From the NCBI GenBank assembly GCA_965213675.1, contig OZ243916.1, forward strand, positions 1,600,001 to 1,664,000: a stretch of 64,000 nucleotides of DNA, in the 5' to 3' direction. The position numbers and the translations under genes are program-made. Of this stretch, positions 19,777 through 29,575 are shown piece by piece; within the stretch, counting starts at the first letter, position 1; the number at the start of each line of letters is the position of its first letter. The notes below the pieces were generated by a model. The model ran no database searches. It worked only from the letters and a program-made list of their open reading frames with translations, and had not been told where the DNA came from. The DNA comes from an uncultured Candidatus Binatia bacterium. GTDB lineage: Bacteria > Desulfobacterota > Binatia > UBA9968 > JAJDTQ01.

Positions 19777-20070
19777 ATGCGATCAGTGGGAATCAAGGCA
19801 CTCAACAACAGGTTGAGCCAATACATTCGGTTAGCCGCATCCGGCGAAACCGTTTTGGTCACGGACCGGGATCGAGTCGTAGCGGAAATTGGTCCTCCGA
19901 GAGAGACAAGGAGCCCGTTTCTCGCCGACGCCCTGCTGGCCGAAGCCGTGCGTGCCGGTTGGTTGACGCCGCCGGCCCTGCCAGCCACCGGAGAACCTCC
20001 CGCATCCAAGCCAGTCGCTCCGTTGTGCGACCTGCTTCGCGAATTGGACGACGATAGAAGCGACCGGTGA
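19777..20070 (+). CDS. Phd/YefM-family antitoxin
   Basis: MRSVGIKALNNRLSQYIR.AASGETVLVTDRDRVVAEI; overlaps the toxin start (GTGA). Confidence 0.88.
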   Translation: MRSVGIKALNNRLSQYIRLAASGETVLVTDRDRVVAEIGPPRETRSPFLADALLAEAVRAGWLTPPALPATGEPPASKPVAPLCDLLRELDDDRSDR

Positions 20071-20453
20071 TCTACGTCGATACATCTGTCGCCCTCGCCC
20101 ACCTCCTGGCCGAAGACCAGCGTCCCCCTGCGTCACTGTGGCGCGAAACTCTGGTATCGAGCCGTTTGTTGGAATACGAGGCCTGGACCCGGTTGCACTC
20201 CCGCGGACTTGCGGAGTCCCATGGCGATGCAGCCCGTGGAATCATCGGGCGGCTCGCCCTGCTGGAACTTTCGCCCCCGGTGCTTGCACGCGCTCTGGAG
20301 CCATTTCCCTTACCGCTGCGTACCCTCGACGCGCTGCACTTGGCATCATGCGATTACCTGCGCAACCAAGGCCAGCAAGTCACGTTGGCCAGCTACGACC
20401 GCCGGATGACGGACGTTGCCCACGCTATGGGTATCCCTGTTTTTGAGTTGTAA
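20067..20453 (+). CDS. VapC PIN-domain toxin
   Basis: IYVDTS, LRTLDALHLAS, SYDRRM. Confidence 0.92.
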   Translation: MIYVDTSVALAHLLAEDQRPPASLWRETLVSSRLLEYEAWTRLHSRGLAESHGDAARGIIGRLALLELSPPVLARALEPFPLPLRTLDALHLASCDYLRNQGQQVTLASYDRRMTDVAHAMGIPVFEL

Positions 20454-20819
20454 CTGCGAGGCGTGATCGACCGGGGTGCAGGAATTGTCCGACTCCATCA
20501 GTAGCTCGACCTCGAGTAGTTCTCCAGAAGTTCGTCGAGCAAATCGAGCAATCGACCTGGATAGCCACTCTCCGCGTTCCACTGTGGCATCGCGGCACTC
20601 CTTTCCGAGCCTGGGACCGCGACCATATACGGCACCGCTCCGTTTTACGCGGGCCGAGCATCCGTGTCGAAGGCCGGATGGACTTTGTCCTTGTCCTCAC
20701 GCAGCCGCGTTCCGTCGAAAGGGCGCCGTCAGAATCCCGGCTTCCGTGCGAATCGGCAGCGTAGAACAACCCTCCGCTGGCGCGGCTGGCCATGCGATGT
20801 CAACCCGTGGAAGGCGCCG

Positions 20820-22499
20820 TCACGCCCCGTTCCGCAACACCTTCCCGGTACGCTCCCCGGTGGGCTCGCCGTCCTCCAGCGCCACCTGTCCGTTGACGAG
20901 CACGGTGCGGATGCCGTCCGCCTGTTGCACAAGGCGGGCGGCGCCGCCCGGGAAGTCGTGCATCAACTCGGGCTCGCGGGGGGCCACGGTGGCGGGGTCG
21001 AAGACGACCACGTCGGCAGCCATTCCCTCTTCCAGGCGGCCGCGGTCCGCGATGCCGCAGATGTCGGCCTGCATGGAGGTGAGCTTGCGCACGCCCTCCT
21101 CCAGGGTGAGGTCGCCGCGCTCGCGCACATACTTGGCCAGCAGCAGGGTGCAGTAGCCGAAGCCTGCGTCGATGGCCACGTGGGCGCCGGCATCGGACTG
21201 ACCCAGCACCGTGTAGGGGTTCGCCACGATGGCGCCCACGGCGTCGGCGTCGCCGTTGGTGTGGGCGGTCTGAAAACCGGTTTCCAGGTTCTCCTCCAGG
21301 CACAGGTCCATGAAGGCGTCGAAGACGTCCTTGCCCACGGAGCGGGCGTAGTCGGCCACGTTGGCGCCCTTGAGATGGGCGTTCTTTTCGGTGGCGGGCT
21401 TGACGATGTAGACCAGCTCCCAGCGTTTGTGGAAGGCCGAGGGCGTGGGGTTCTCCACCACCTCCCAGCGGAGCTTTTTCCGCACTTCCGGGTCCTGGAA
21501 CGCCGCCCGGCGCTCCTCGATGGGGCTGAACATGAGGCCGCGCCACGTGGGGAACTCGTCGAACTCCTGGCCGTCGATGAGGTTGAAGCGGTTGTTGAAG
21601 GGCCGGACGTTGGTGTTGGCCCAGGCCTGCGCACCGCGCTCGAAGCCCGCCACCGTGGCGTCCAGCAGCTCGCGCCACTCGTCGGGCTTGGACCACCGGT
21701 GCAGAATGGAGTTCCACACCACCGGACGGCCGGTGCGGAGCGAGAAGTCCGCCAGCGACGCCACCCGCTCGGCGTTCTGGCCCGCGGAACTCATCTGGAT
21801 CACCCCTCGCTTCAGGTCCGTCAGCACCTGCCCCAGCGCTTCCAGCTCTTCCCACTCCGCCAACCGGCTGGGCAGGGGCTCGCCGTCCTCGCGGAAGTGG
21901 CGCTCGTTGCGGTTGGTGGAAAAGCCCAGGAGCCCGGCGTTCAGAGCTTCGCGCAGGAGTCCCTGCATGGCGGCAACCTCGTCCGCGGTGGCGGCGCGCT
22001 TGATGGCGTCGTCGCCCATGACGTACTGGCGCAGCGGGCAATGGCCTACCAACATGCCGACGTTGAGCGCCGGGCGCATGGCCTCCACCGCGTCCATGTA
22101 CCCGGCCATGTCGGTCCAGCTCCATTCCACCGCGCGCCGCAGAAGCTCGATGTCCATGCCTTCCACGTGGGAGAAGGTCTGGAGCAGGATGTCCCGGTCC
22201 TCGGGTTTGCACGGGCCGAGGCTCAAGCCGCAGTTGCCGGTGACGATGCTGGTGACGCCGTGATAGCAGGAGCTGGTCACCTGGGGGTCCCACAGGAGCT
22301 GCGCGTCCATATGCGTGTGGCCGTCGATGAAGCCGGGGGCGGCCACCAGGCCATCGCCGTCCACTTCGCGCCGGGCCGCGCCGGCCTTGCCGCCCACCTG
22401 GCGGATGGTCCCGCCCTCGACGGCCACGTCGCCCGTATGGCGGGGGTTGCCGGTGCCGTCGCAGATGGTCGCGCCGCGAATCACCATATCGTATGCCAT
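20820..22499 (-). CDS. N-acyl-D-amino-acid deacylase-like amidohydrolase
   Basis: APGFIDGHTH, GNCG, SDAGAH, ADVVVFDP. Confidence 0.9.
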   Translation of the reverse strand: MAYDMVIRGATICDGTGNPRHTGDVAVEGGTIRQVGGKAGAARREVDGDGLVAAPGFIDGHTHMDAQLLWDPQVTSSCYHGVTSIVTGNCGLSLGPCKPEDRDILLQTFSHVEGMDIELLRRAVEWSWTDMAGYMDAVEAMRPALNVGMLVGHCPLRQYVMGDDAIKRAATADEVAAMQGLLREALNAGLLGFSTNRNERHFREDGEPLPSRLAEWEELEALGQVLTDLKRGVIQMSSAGQNAERVASLADFSLRTGRPVVWNSILHRWSKPDEWRELLDATVAGFERGAQAWANTNVRPFNNRFNLIDGQEFDEFPTWRGLMFSPIEERRAAFQDPEVRKKLRWEVVENPTPSAFHKRWELVYIVKPATEKNAHLKGANVADYARSVGKDVFDAFMDLCLEENLETGFQTAHTNGDADAVGAIVANPYTVLGQSDAGAHVAIDAGFGYCTLLLAKYVRERGDLTLEEGVRKLTSMQADICGIADRGRLEEGMAADVVVFDPATVAPREPELMHDFPGGAARLVQQADGIRTVLVNGQVALEDGEPTGERTGKVLRNGA

Positions 22500-22549
22500 G
22501 GTCAACCCTCCCGATCGAGTGCATCAACAACCCCGCCGCCTCTTCTCCT

Positions 22550-22598
22550 GGATTCCCGCCCCCGATCGGGGTCGAGGGCATGCTTTCGCGGGAATGAC
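22550..22598. repeat. Second copy of GGATTCCCGC...GCGGGAATGAC composite palindrome
   Basis: Matches 2466-2514. Confidence 0.75.
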
Positions 22599-22699
22599 GG
22601 ATGCGGAGGCCTTGCCATGACGGCCGCCGGGGCTTGGTGTTGATTGCCGGAGCCCCGTGTTGGTCGCCGGGGCCTCGTGTTGGTTACCCGACCCTGGTG

Positions 22700-24445
22700 T
22701 TAAATCGACTGAATGATCACGTCCAGCAGAGCCGGCTTGCGCTCTTCCTTGACCACGGCCAGCGCCCGCCGGACCGCTGCCTGAATTTCCGCCGGATCCT
22801 CGATGGGGCCTTCGCTCCACACGCCGAAGGACCTGGCCAGGGTGGCGAAGTCCACCGGCGGGGTCTCCATGCGCATGCCCACGCCCTTGTTCTCCACCGG
22901 GCGGCTGCGCGCCAGCGCCACCCGCTCCTGGTGTTCCTCATCGTTATAATACGTGCGGTTGTTGGTCATGATCATGAGCAGCGGCACGCTGTAACTGGCC
23001 GCGGTCCACAGCGCGCTGTTGGTGAACAGCAGGTCGCCGTCGCGCTGCAGGTCGATGCACACGGTGCCGGTGTCCTTGAGTCCCAGGGCCGCACCCACCG
23101 ACGCTCCCGGCGCGTAGCCCAAGCCGCCGCCGCCGTAGCCGCCCAGGAACGCGTTGGGCTTTTCCCAGTCCCACAGCCGCCGCGGCCAGCCGCGAAAGGA
23201 GCCCGCCACCAGGGTCCAGTCCTCGTCCTTGAGGACCTCCCAGATCTCCTGGGACATGCGCGGCGGCGAGATGGGACGTTCGTCCCAGCGTTTGCGCAGC
23301 ATGGCCTGGCTCTCCTCGCGGATCTCCCGGTGGCGCTGCGCCAGCGCCCGGACGCGGGCGTCCTTCACGGCCTCCCCGGGGCCGCCCCGGCGGCGCACCG
23401 CCTCGGTGAGGGCGGGCACGAACACCTTGGTGTCGGCCAGGATCGGCAGGTCCACCGGGGACAACTCCATGTACTCGGTGGACCAGCTCTTGATGGCGAA
23501 GTCCGCCAGGGTCACGTTGATGATCTTGCAGCCGGGCTGGAACGCGGGCGCGGAGGTCTGGGTTCTGGCATCGTGCCGGTGCAGGGCGCCGTAAAGGTCC
23601 ATGACATCGAGGCCCAGGATAACATCGGCCTCGGCCACCAGCTCCTTCTCTTTCCCGCTGAGGTCCAGGGGATGGGTGTTGGGGAAGTTGTGGCGCGCGC
23701 CCCGGTCCACCACCGCGGCTCCCAACTCTTCAGCCAGTTCCACCAGCGAGAGCATGGATCGGGGATTCCGCCCCAGGTAGTCGGCAATGATGAGCGGGTG
23801 CTGGGCGTCGCACAGCCACGCCGCGGCTTCCTCAATGGCGCCCTGCTCCGCCTGGAGCGGCGCCGGCGGGCGGAACCGGTCCGGCGCCGGCATGCCCGCG
23901 GCCATGGCCTCCGGCAGCCGCGCCTCCTGCAGGTCGAGGTCGAAGCACAGGTATACCGGGCCCTTGGGCTCGGTCATGGCCACCCGGTAGCCCCGCAGGA
24001 TGGAGTTGGACAGCGCCCCCAGGCTCATGGGCTGGTCGTCCAGCTTGACGATGTCGCGCACGAAGTTTCCCTGCACCAGCGCGGTGTGGATCCAGTCGAT
24101 CCAGGGACGCCGCCTGGTGGTGTCCATGGGACCCGTGCCCCCCAGCACCAACACCGGCGTCTTGTCGCACCAAGCGTTGTAGATGGCCATGGACGCATGC
24201 TGCAGCCCCACCACGTCATGCACGATGGCGGCCATGGGTTCGCCCGTGGCCTTGGCATAGCCGTGGGCCACGGCCACCGCGATCTCCTCGTGGCAGCACA
24301 CGATCATCTCCGGGTTCTTGTTGTCGGCATAGTTCACCAGCGAGTCGTGGATGCCGCGAAAACTCGCGCCGGGGTTCAGCGCCGCGTACTTGATGCCCAG
24401 GCTCCTGAGCATGTCCACGATGAGGTCGGAGCCGTATTCAGCCAT
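22700..24445 (-). CDS. Thiamine-pyrophosphate-binding enzyme (acetolactate synthase/benzoylformate decarboxylase-like)
   Basis: NPGASFRG.HDS, HEEIAVA.AHGY, (R)DGD...NN TPP motif. Confidence 0.9.
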   Translation of the reverse strand: MAEYGSDLIVDMLRSLGIKYAALNPGASFRGIHDSLVNYADNKNPEMIVCCHEEIAVAVAHGYAKATGEPMAAIVHDVVGLQHASMAIYNAWCDKTPVLVLGGTGPMDTTRRRPWIDWIHTALVQGNFVRDIVKLDDQPMSLGALSNSILRGYRVAMTEPKGPVYLCFDLDLQEARLPEAMAAGMPAPDRFRPPAPLQAEQGAIEEAAAWLCDAQHPLIIADYLGRNPRSMLSLVELAEELGAAVVDRGARHNFPNTHPLDLSGKEKELVAEADVILGLDVMDLYGALHRHDARTQTSAPAFQPGCKIINVTLADFAIKSWSTEYMELSPVDLPILADTKVFVPALTEAVRRRGGPGEAVKDARVRALAQRHREIREESQAMLRKRWDERPISPPRMSQEIWEVLKDEDWTLVAGSFRGWPRRLWDWEKPNAFLGGYGGGGLGYAPGASVGAALGLKDTGTVCIDLQRDGDLLFTNSALWTAASYSVPLLMIMTNNRTYYNDEEHQERVALARSRPVENKGVGMRMETPPVDFATLARSFGVWSEGPIEDPAEIQAAVRRALAVVKEERKPALLDVIIQSI

Positions 24446-24601
24446 GTTGTCTCCCGTCCCGGTTGTCTATCGTACCCACGGCCTGCCGCGTTCGAAGTCT
24501 CCCGCCTTCAAGGTCACACGTTCTCAAAGCGAGATATCAAAGCGCGGAAATCCGCCACGCGCCTCCACTGCACCGCCCCCACAGGACGCCGCGAACCCGC
24601 G

Positions 24602-24648
24602 CCGTTCGTCCTGAGCGTAGCTCCACGTGAGCGTTGCGAAGTCGAAGG
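24602..24648. repeat. Intergenic repeat CCGTTCGTCCTGAGCGTAGC...CGAAGG
   Basis: An identical 20-mer is at 51204-51223; related degenerate copies lie near 1472-1506 and 11171-11196. Confidence 0.7.
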
Positions 24649-24652
24649 TTGC

Positions 24653-25438
24653 TCACTCTCCGCGCCACCGCGGCGCGCGTTTCTCCACAAAGGCCCGCGC
24701 CCCCTCCTTCACGTCCTCGGTGGTCCGCAGCAGCGCCGACAGGTCCGTCTCCAGACGCAGGCCCTCGTCCAGGGACATCTCGTAACCTTCGCGCACCGCC
24801 TCCTTGGCGAACACCACCGCGATGGGCGCCTTGGTGGCGATGGCGCGGGCATACTCCTCGGCCGCGGCCATGAGCCCGTCCCGTGGCACCACCTTGTTCA
24901 CGAGGCCGATGCGGCAGGCCTCCTGGGCATCGATGACGCTGCCCGTGAGGATCAATTCCAGCGCCTTGCCGAGCCCCACCACCCGCGACAGCCGCTGGGT
25001 GCCGCCGCTGCCCGGAATCATGCCGCGGGACACCTCGGGCAACCCCAGCTTCGCTTCTTCCACCGCCACCCGGATGTCGCACGCCAGCGCCAACTCGCAG
25101 CCGCCGCCCAGGGCGAAGCCGTTGATGGCCGCGATCACCGGCTTGTTGAGCCGGGCGATCATCTCGGTGTCGCTGATCTCCATCTTGGCCTGCCGCGCCG
25201 CCACCACGCCGACCTTCTCCTGGGCCGCCTCCTTGAGGTCCCGCCCGGCCGAGAACGAGCGCTCGCCCGCGCCGGTGAGGATCACCACCCGCACCTCTGG
25301 ATCCTGCCGGATGGCGGTCACCGCGTGGATTAGCTCCTCGCGCATCTGCCGGTTGCGCGCGTTCAGCACCTCCGGGCGGTTCAGCGTGACGTACGCAATG
25401 CCGTCCCTGCGTTCGAACAGGATTGCCTTGTAGTCCAT
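24653..25438 (-). CDS. Enoyl-CoA hydratase/isomerase
   Basis: LNRPEVLNA, AINGFALGGGCELAL, PEV..G..PGSGGTQRL. Confidence 0.95.
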   Translation of the reverse strand: MDYKAILFERRDGIAYVTLNRPEVLNARNRQMREELIHAVTAIRQDPEVRVVILTGAGERSFSAGRDLKEAAQEKVGVVAARQAKMEISDTEMIARLNKPVIAAINGFALGGGCELALACDIRVAVEEAKLGLPEVSRGMIPGSGGTQRLSRVVGLGKALELILTGSVIDAQEACRIGLVNKVVPRDGLMAAAEEYARAIATKAPIAVVFAKEAVREGYEMSLDEGLRLETDLSALLRTTEDVKEGARAFVEKRAPRWRGE

Positions 25439-25516
25439 GTTTAATTCCTCTACTCCAAATCCGGCGTCGTTGACAGAGTTGAGCCAGCTTGGGAGCCTGC
25501 GCCTCCCTTGGTCCGG

Positions 25517-27934
25517 TCAGAACGCCCCGGCGTCCTCCATGCCGCGAATCTGGTCGTGGGTCATGCCCAGCAGACCGTTCAGCACCGCGTGGGTGTCCTG
25601 GCCCAGGAGCGGCGCATGGCGACGTATTTCTCCCGGCGTCTCCGAAAGCTTGGTCGCGATGCCCGGCAGCGTGAGCCGGCCTTGGCGCGGATGTTCGTGG
25701 GCGACCACGGAACCGCGGGCGCGCAGGTGCGGGTCGTGGACCAGGGTGGTGCCGTCGCACACCATCCCGGCCGTCACGCCATGGCTCTGGAGGATCTCCA
25801 TGACCTCGCGCGGGGTGCGTTGCCGGGTCCACTCGCTCACGAGTCGGTCCAGGGCCGCACTGTCGGCCCGGCGCGATTCCGCGACGGCGAACCGCTGATC
25901 GTCCAACGCCGGGACGTTCCCCGTTGCTTCACGGAACCGCCGCCATTCCTCTTCGCCTTCCACGGAGATCGCACACCAGGCGTCCCCGCCCCGGCAAGGG
26001 TAGCAGCCGTGGGGGGCGCACGCCCGGTGGCGGTTGCCGCCGGGCTCTCCAGCGCGCCCGTTGACCAACGCGTCCAGCATGGCCGGCCCGATGAGCGAGG
26101 CGGTGACCTCGGCCTGGGCGATGTCGATGAGCTGTCCCTTGCCAGTGAGGGCACGATGGTGCAGTGCCGCCATGAGCACGAAGGCCATGTGCACGGAGAC
26201 GATGTAGTCCGGATAGGAGGTCTGCGACCCCACCGGGGCGCCGGCGTCCGGGTGATTCCAAAGCCAGGTCATTCCCGAGAACGGCATGAGGCTGGGACCC
26301 CACGTGACATAGTCTCTCCGGGGTCCGGTGGCGCCCATTCCCTGGAGCCGGATCATGATGAGGTCGGGTTTGAGCGCCTTGAGCTCTTCGTAGCCCAGCC
26401 CCAGGCGGTCCATGACCCCGACACTGAAGTTCTCCACCACCACGTCGCTCCGGGCAACGATCTGGCGCGCGACCTCCCGGCCCTCTCCGGTCTTGAGATT
26501 GGCGGTGACCGACCGCTTGTTGCGGTTGTGATCCGCGAAGGGGAGCGACGCTTCCACGTCCTTGTTGCCTTCGCGGATGCGCCAGGTATCGGGACGCGCC
26601 CGCGACTCGATCTTGATGACGTCGGCGCCGAAATACGCCAGCTGCATGGTACCGTAGGGTCCCGCCACCATGTGAGTGAAATCGGCCACGCGGATGCCGG
26701 CCAATGGCGGCTCGCTTGCCGGCGCCACCGGGGCGCCCGCACGCGCCGTTGCGTTCCTTCGCGGCCCCGCAGGCGCCGGGGACTCCGCGCCGAATAACTC
26801 CCGATCATGTTCTCCCACGGCCGGCGCGTGATGGCGAAAGCGCCAGCCATCGGTCTTGCAGGCACGCCCGGGAAACTCCATGGGGCCGAGACGCGGGTGC
26901 ACCGTATCGACGACGAAACCGCGCGATCGTATGTGCGGGTCCCGAACGAAGTCCAGGGGCGTGTTCACCGGGGCGCAGGGGATGTGGCGCGCCTGCAATT
27001 CCTCGTAGACCTTCTCCTTGGGCAGGGCAGCCAGGATTGCCGACACCACCCGGTCCACTTCCGCCACGTGGGCGCGCCGATAGACGGGTTCCTCGAACTC
27101 CTGGCGCGCCAGCGCCTCCGGGCGGCCGAGCCAGTCCACGAACCGGCCCCAAGCGCCCGGTTGCGAGTTGGTGACGAAGATGTGCACGAAACCGTCGGCA
27201 CAGCGGTAGATGGTGCCGGGGGTGGCGAAACGGTGCTGGGTGCCGTCCCGGCGCGGATGCGCGCCCGTGGCGGCCGACCGCGACACCAGGTTCTCCATGG
27301 CCGCCAGGCAGTCCATCATAGAAACGTCGATGTGCTGTCCCGGACCGCCCCGGCGCACGTGCCACAGCGCCACGAGGGTGGCCAGGGCGGCGTGGGCCGA
27401 GCCCACCAGGAACGCTTGGGCGCCGGGCGCGTTCACCGGCGGGGCCGACGGCTTGCCACTCACGTACATGAGCCCGCCCATGGCAAAGGCCGTCAGCGCG
27501 GACCACCGATAGCCGCTGTAAGGACCGGTCTGACCGAAGGCCGTGATCGACGTATACACCAACCGGGGATGCACGGCGCGCAGATCCGGGTACCCCAGAC
27601 CCATGGCTGGAAGAGTGCCGGGCTTGGTGCCTTCCACCAGCGCGTCCGCCTGGCGCGCCAGCCGCCGCACCCGCTCCCGGCCCGCCTCGGTAGCCAAGTC
27701 CGCGGTGACGCTCTTCTTGTTGGCGTTGAAGTAGAGAAACGGCAGGCTTCGGTCCGGACCCGGCCGGTCGTCCACGAACGGCGGCTCGCGCCGCGACGGG
27801 CTGCCGCCGGGCGGCTCCACCTTGATCACCTCGGCGCCGAAATCCGCCAGGAGCTTGCCGCAGTACTCGCCCTCCGCGCCGGCGAGTTCCACAACCCTCA
27901 CGCCCTCCAACGCCTGTGGTGTGTTCTGTGGCAT
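25517..27934 (-). CDS. Double-length CaiB/BaiF family III CoA-transferase (two fused units)
   Basis: Two GA(E/D)VIK(V/I)E motifs and two NK(K/R)SVT motifs in 805 aa. Confidence 0.92.
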   Translation of the reverse strand: MPQNTPQALEGVRVVELAGAEGEYCGKLLADFGAEVIKVEPPGGSPSRREPPFVDDRPGPDRSLPFLYFNANKKSVTADLATEAGRERVRRLARQADALVEGTKPGTLPAMGLGYPDLRAVHPRLVYTSITAFGQTGPYSGYRWSALTAFAMGGLMYVSGKPSAPPVNAPGAQAFLVGSAHAALATLVALWHVRRGGPGQHIDVSMMDCLAAMENLVSRSAATGAHPRRDGTQHRFATPGTIYRCADGFVHIFVTNSQPGAWGRFVDWLGRPEALARQEFEEPVYRRAHVAEVDRVVSAILAALPKEKVYEELQARHIPCAPVNTPLDFVRDPHIRSRGFVVDTVHPRLGPMEFPGRACKTDGWRFRHHAPAVGEHDRELFGAESPAPAGPRRNATARAGAPVAPASEPPLAGIRVADFTHMVAGPYGTMQLAYFGADVIKIESRARPDTWRIREGNKDVEASLPFADHNRNKRSVTANLKTGEGREVARQIVARSDVVVENFSVGVMDRLGLGYEELKALKPDLIMIRLQGMGATGPRRDYVTWGPSLMPFSGMTWLWNHPDAGAPVGSQTSYPDYIVSVHMAFVLMAALHHRALTGKGQLIDIAQAEVTASLIGPAMLDALVNGRAGEPGGNRHRACAPHGCYPCRGGDAWCAISVEGEEEWRRFREATGNVPALDDQRFAVAESRRADSAALDRLVSEWTRQRTPREVMEILQSHGVTAGMVCDGTTLVHDPHLRARGSVVAHEHPRQGRLTLPGIATKLSETPGEIRRHAPLLGQDTHAVLNGLLGMTHDQIRGMEDAGAF

Positions 27935-28064
27935 CGCCCTGACCGTTCGAAGGGCTCAGCACGCGCGGAGCGTCAAAGCCCCGCGGTTCACGACACGCAT
28001 CCGCCGGGCAGGACACTCGCGTCTGGCCCGGAGCCGAGACCTCTGAACCCCTGACTCCCGGCGA

Positions 28065-29186
28065 CTATCCGCGGCGATCCAGGGGCGTGAACACCAGGCC
28101 CGTCGCGCCCACGTACTGTGAATTAGGCCTGTACAGACGGTTGTGCTCCATCTGCTCGATGACATGGGCCGACCACCCCACCACCCGGCTCATGGCGAAG
28201 ATGGGGGTGTTCAGGGCTATGGGAATGTTCATCATGTGGTAGATGGGGGCGGCGTAGAAATCCACGTTGGGGCACAGGTTTTTCTCCCGCCGCATGATCT
28301 CCTCGACCGTGACGCAGATGTCGCTCAACCGGGTGTCGTCGAGCTGCTTGCCCAAGAGCGCGCCCCACTTCTTGGCCACCTCCACGCGCGAGTCCGCGGT
28401 CTTGTAGATGCGGTGGCCGAATCCCATGACGCGCTTTTTCTGCCGCAGGCTCTCCTCCACCCAGGCCGCGGCCCGGGAAGGCTCCCCGATCTCCAGGATC
28501 ACGTCCATGGCCTTCTCGTTGGCGCCGCCGTGGAGCGGCCCCTTCAGGGCGGCGATGGCACCCACCACCGCGCCGTAGAGGTCCGACAGCGTGGAGGCGA
28601 TGACCCGGGCCGTGAAGGTGGAGGCGTTGAACTCGTGCTCCATGTAGAGGATCAGCGTCACCTCCAGCACCCGGGCCTCGAACTCGTCCGAACGCTCGCC
28701 GCGCAGCATGTAGAGGAAGTTGGCCGCGTGGTTGAGCGCCGGGTCCGGCGCCACCACCTCCAGTCCCTGGGAGAGCCGGTGCAGCGCCGCCACCACCGTG
28801 GCCAAACGCGCCAGGAGACGCGTCGCCTTCCTCAGGTTGGCGTCGCGGGAGTCGTCGCGCGCATCGGGATCGTGAAGCGCCAGCGCCGACACCGCGGTGC
28901 GCAGGGCGTCCATGGGCACCGCCTCCGCGGGGAGCGACTCCAGGCATTCGACCACGCCCGGCGGCAAGACCCGTTGCGAGCGCAACTCCTGATCGAATGC
29001 CTGGAACTCGGCCCGGTCGGGAAGCCGGCCGTGCAACACCAGCCAGGCGACCTCTTCGAATGTCGCCTGCTCCGCCAGATCGTGCACGTCGTAACCGCGG
29101 TAGATCAGCTCGCCCTCCGGGCGTACCGAGCAAATCGCCGTCTCCCCTGCCACCACTCCTTCGAGTCCTGGCCTCACCTCTGACAT
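28065..29186 (-). CDS. Citrate/2-methylcitrate synthase
   Basis: GLEGVVAGET, HEFNAST, GPLHGGANE, GFGHRIY, PNVDF. Confidence 0.93.
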   Translation of the reverse strand: MSEVRPGLEGVVAGETAICSVRPEGELIYRGYDVHDLAEQATFEEVAWLVLHGRLPDRAEFQAFDQELRSQRVLPPGVVECLESLPAEAVPMDALRTAVSALALHDPDARDDSRDANLRKATRLLARLATVVAALHRLSQGLEVVAPDPALNHAANFLYMLRGERSDEFEARVLEVTLILYMEHEFNASTFTARVIASTLSDLYGAVVGAIAALKGPLHGGANEKAMDVILEIGEPSRAAAWVEESLRQKKRVMGFGHRIYKTADSRVEVAKKWGALLGKQLDDTRLSDICVTVEEIMRREKNLCPNVDFYAAPIYHMMNIPIALNTPIFAMSRVVGWSAHVIEQMEHNRLYRPNSQYVGATGLVFTPLDRRG

Positions 29187-29354
29187 CGATGCCTCCTGGA
29201 ACGGCGCCGCGCAGGCGTCCAAGCCGTCTCCTGAACCTATCACTTATCTTGCAACCATCGCGTGAGCGCGATAGGGCACACTTACTTCAACGGGAGACGG
29301 CCTTCAACCGTTTCCCGTAGCCTCGAGCCGGAGTTGAACGGGAAGGAGAGCGAC

Positions 29355-29460
29355 ATGAACCGGTTCGTCAAGCCCGTGGCGGCCCTCGGCCTCTGTATCG
29401 CGCTGGGCGCGACCGCGGCGACGGCGCGGGTACGGGCCGCGGACGATCCGGTTTCCGGTC
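29355..29460 (+). pseudogene. Possible remnant 5' end (signal peptide) of a secreted binding-protein gene
   Basis: RBS GGAAGGAG followed by MNRFVKPVAALGLCIALGATAATA, then non-protein-like sequence. Confidence 0.35.
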
Positions 29461-29575
29461 ACATGGTGGCGTCAGGCCATGACAGGCATTCGGTGTTTGA
29501 AATACCCCGCCTCCTGCTCTATCGTAGCCCGGTGCGATCAGGACTGGGCTCTTCAACCCCACAAGGAGAACCATC

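Noticed and set aside
20664-25333. Long plus-strand ORFs (659 aa, 910 aa) and similar ones such as 58091-62872
   Set aside because: These are antisense shadows of clear minus-strand genes, expected at high GC, and show no motifs.
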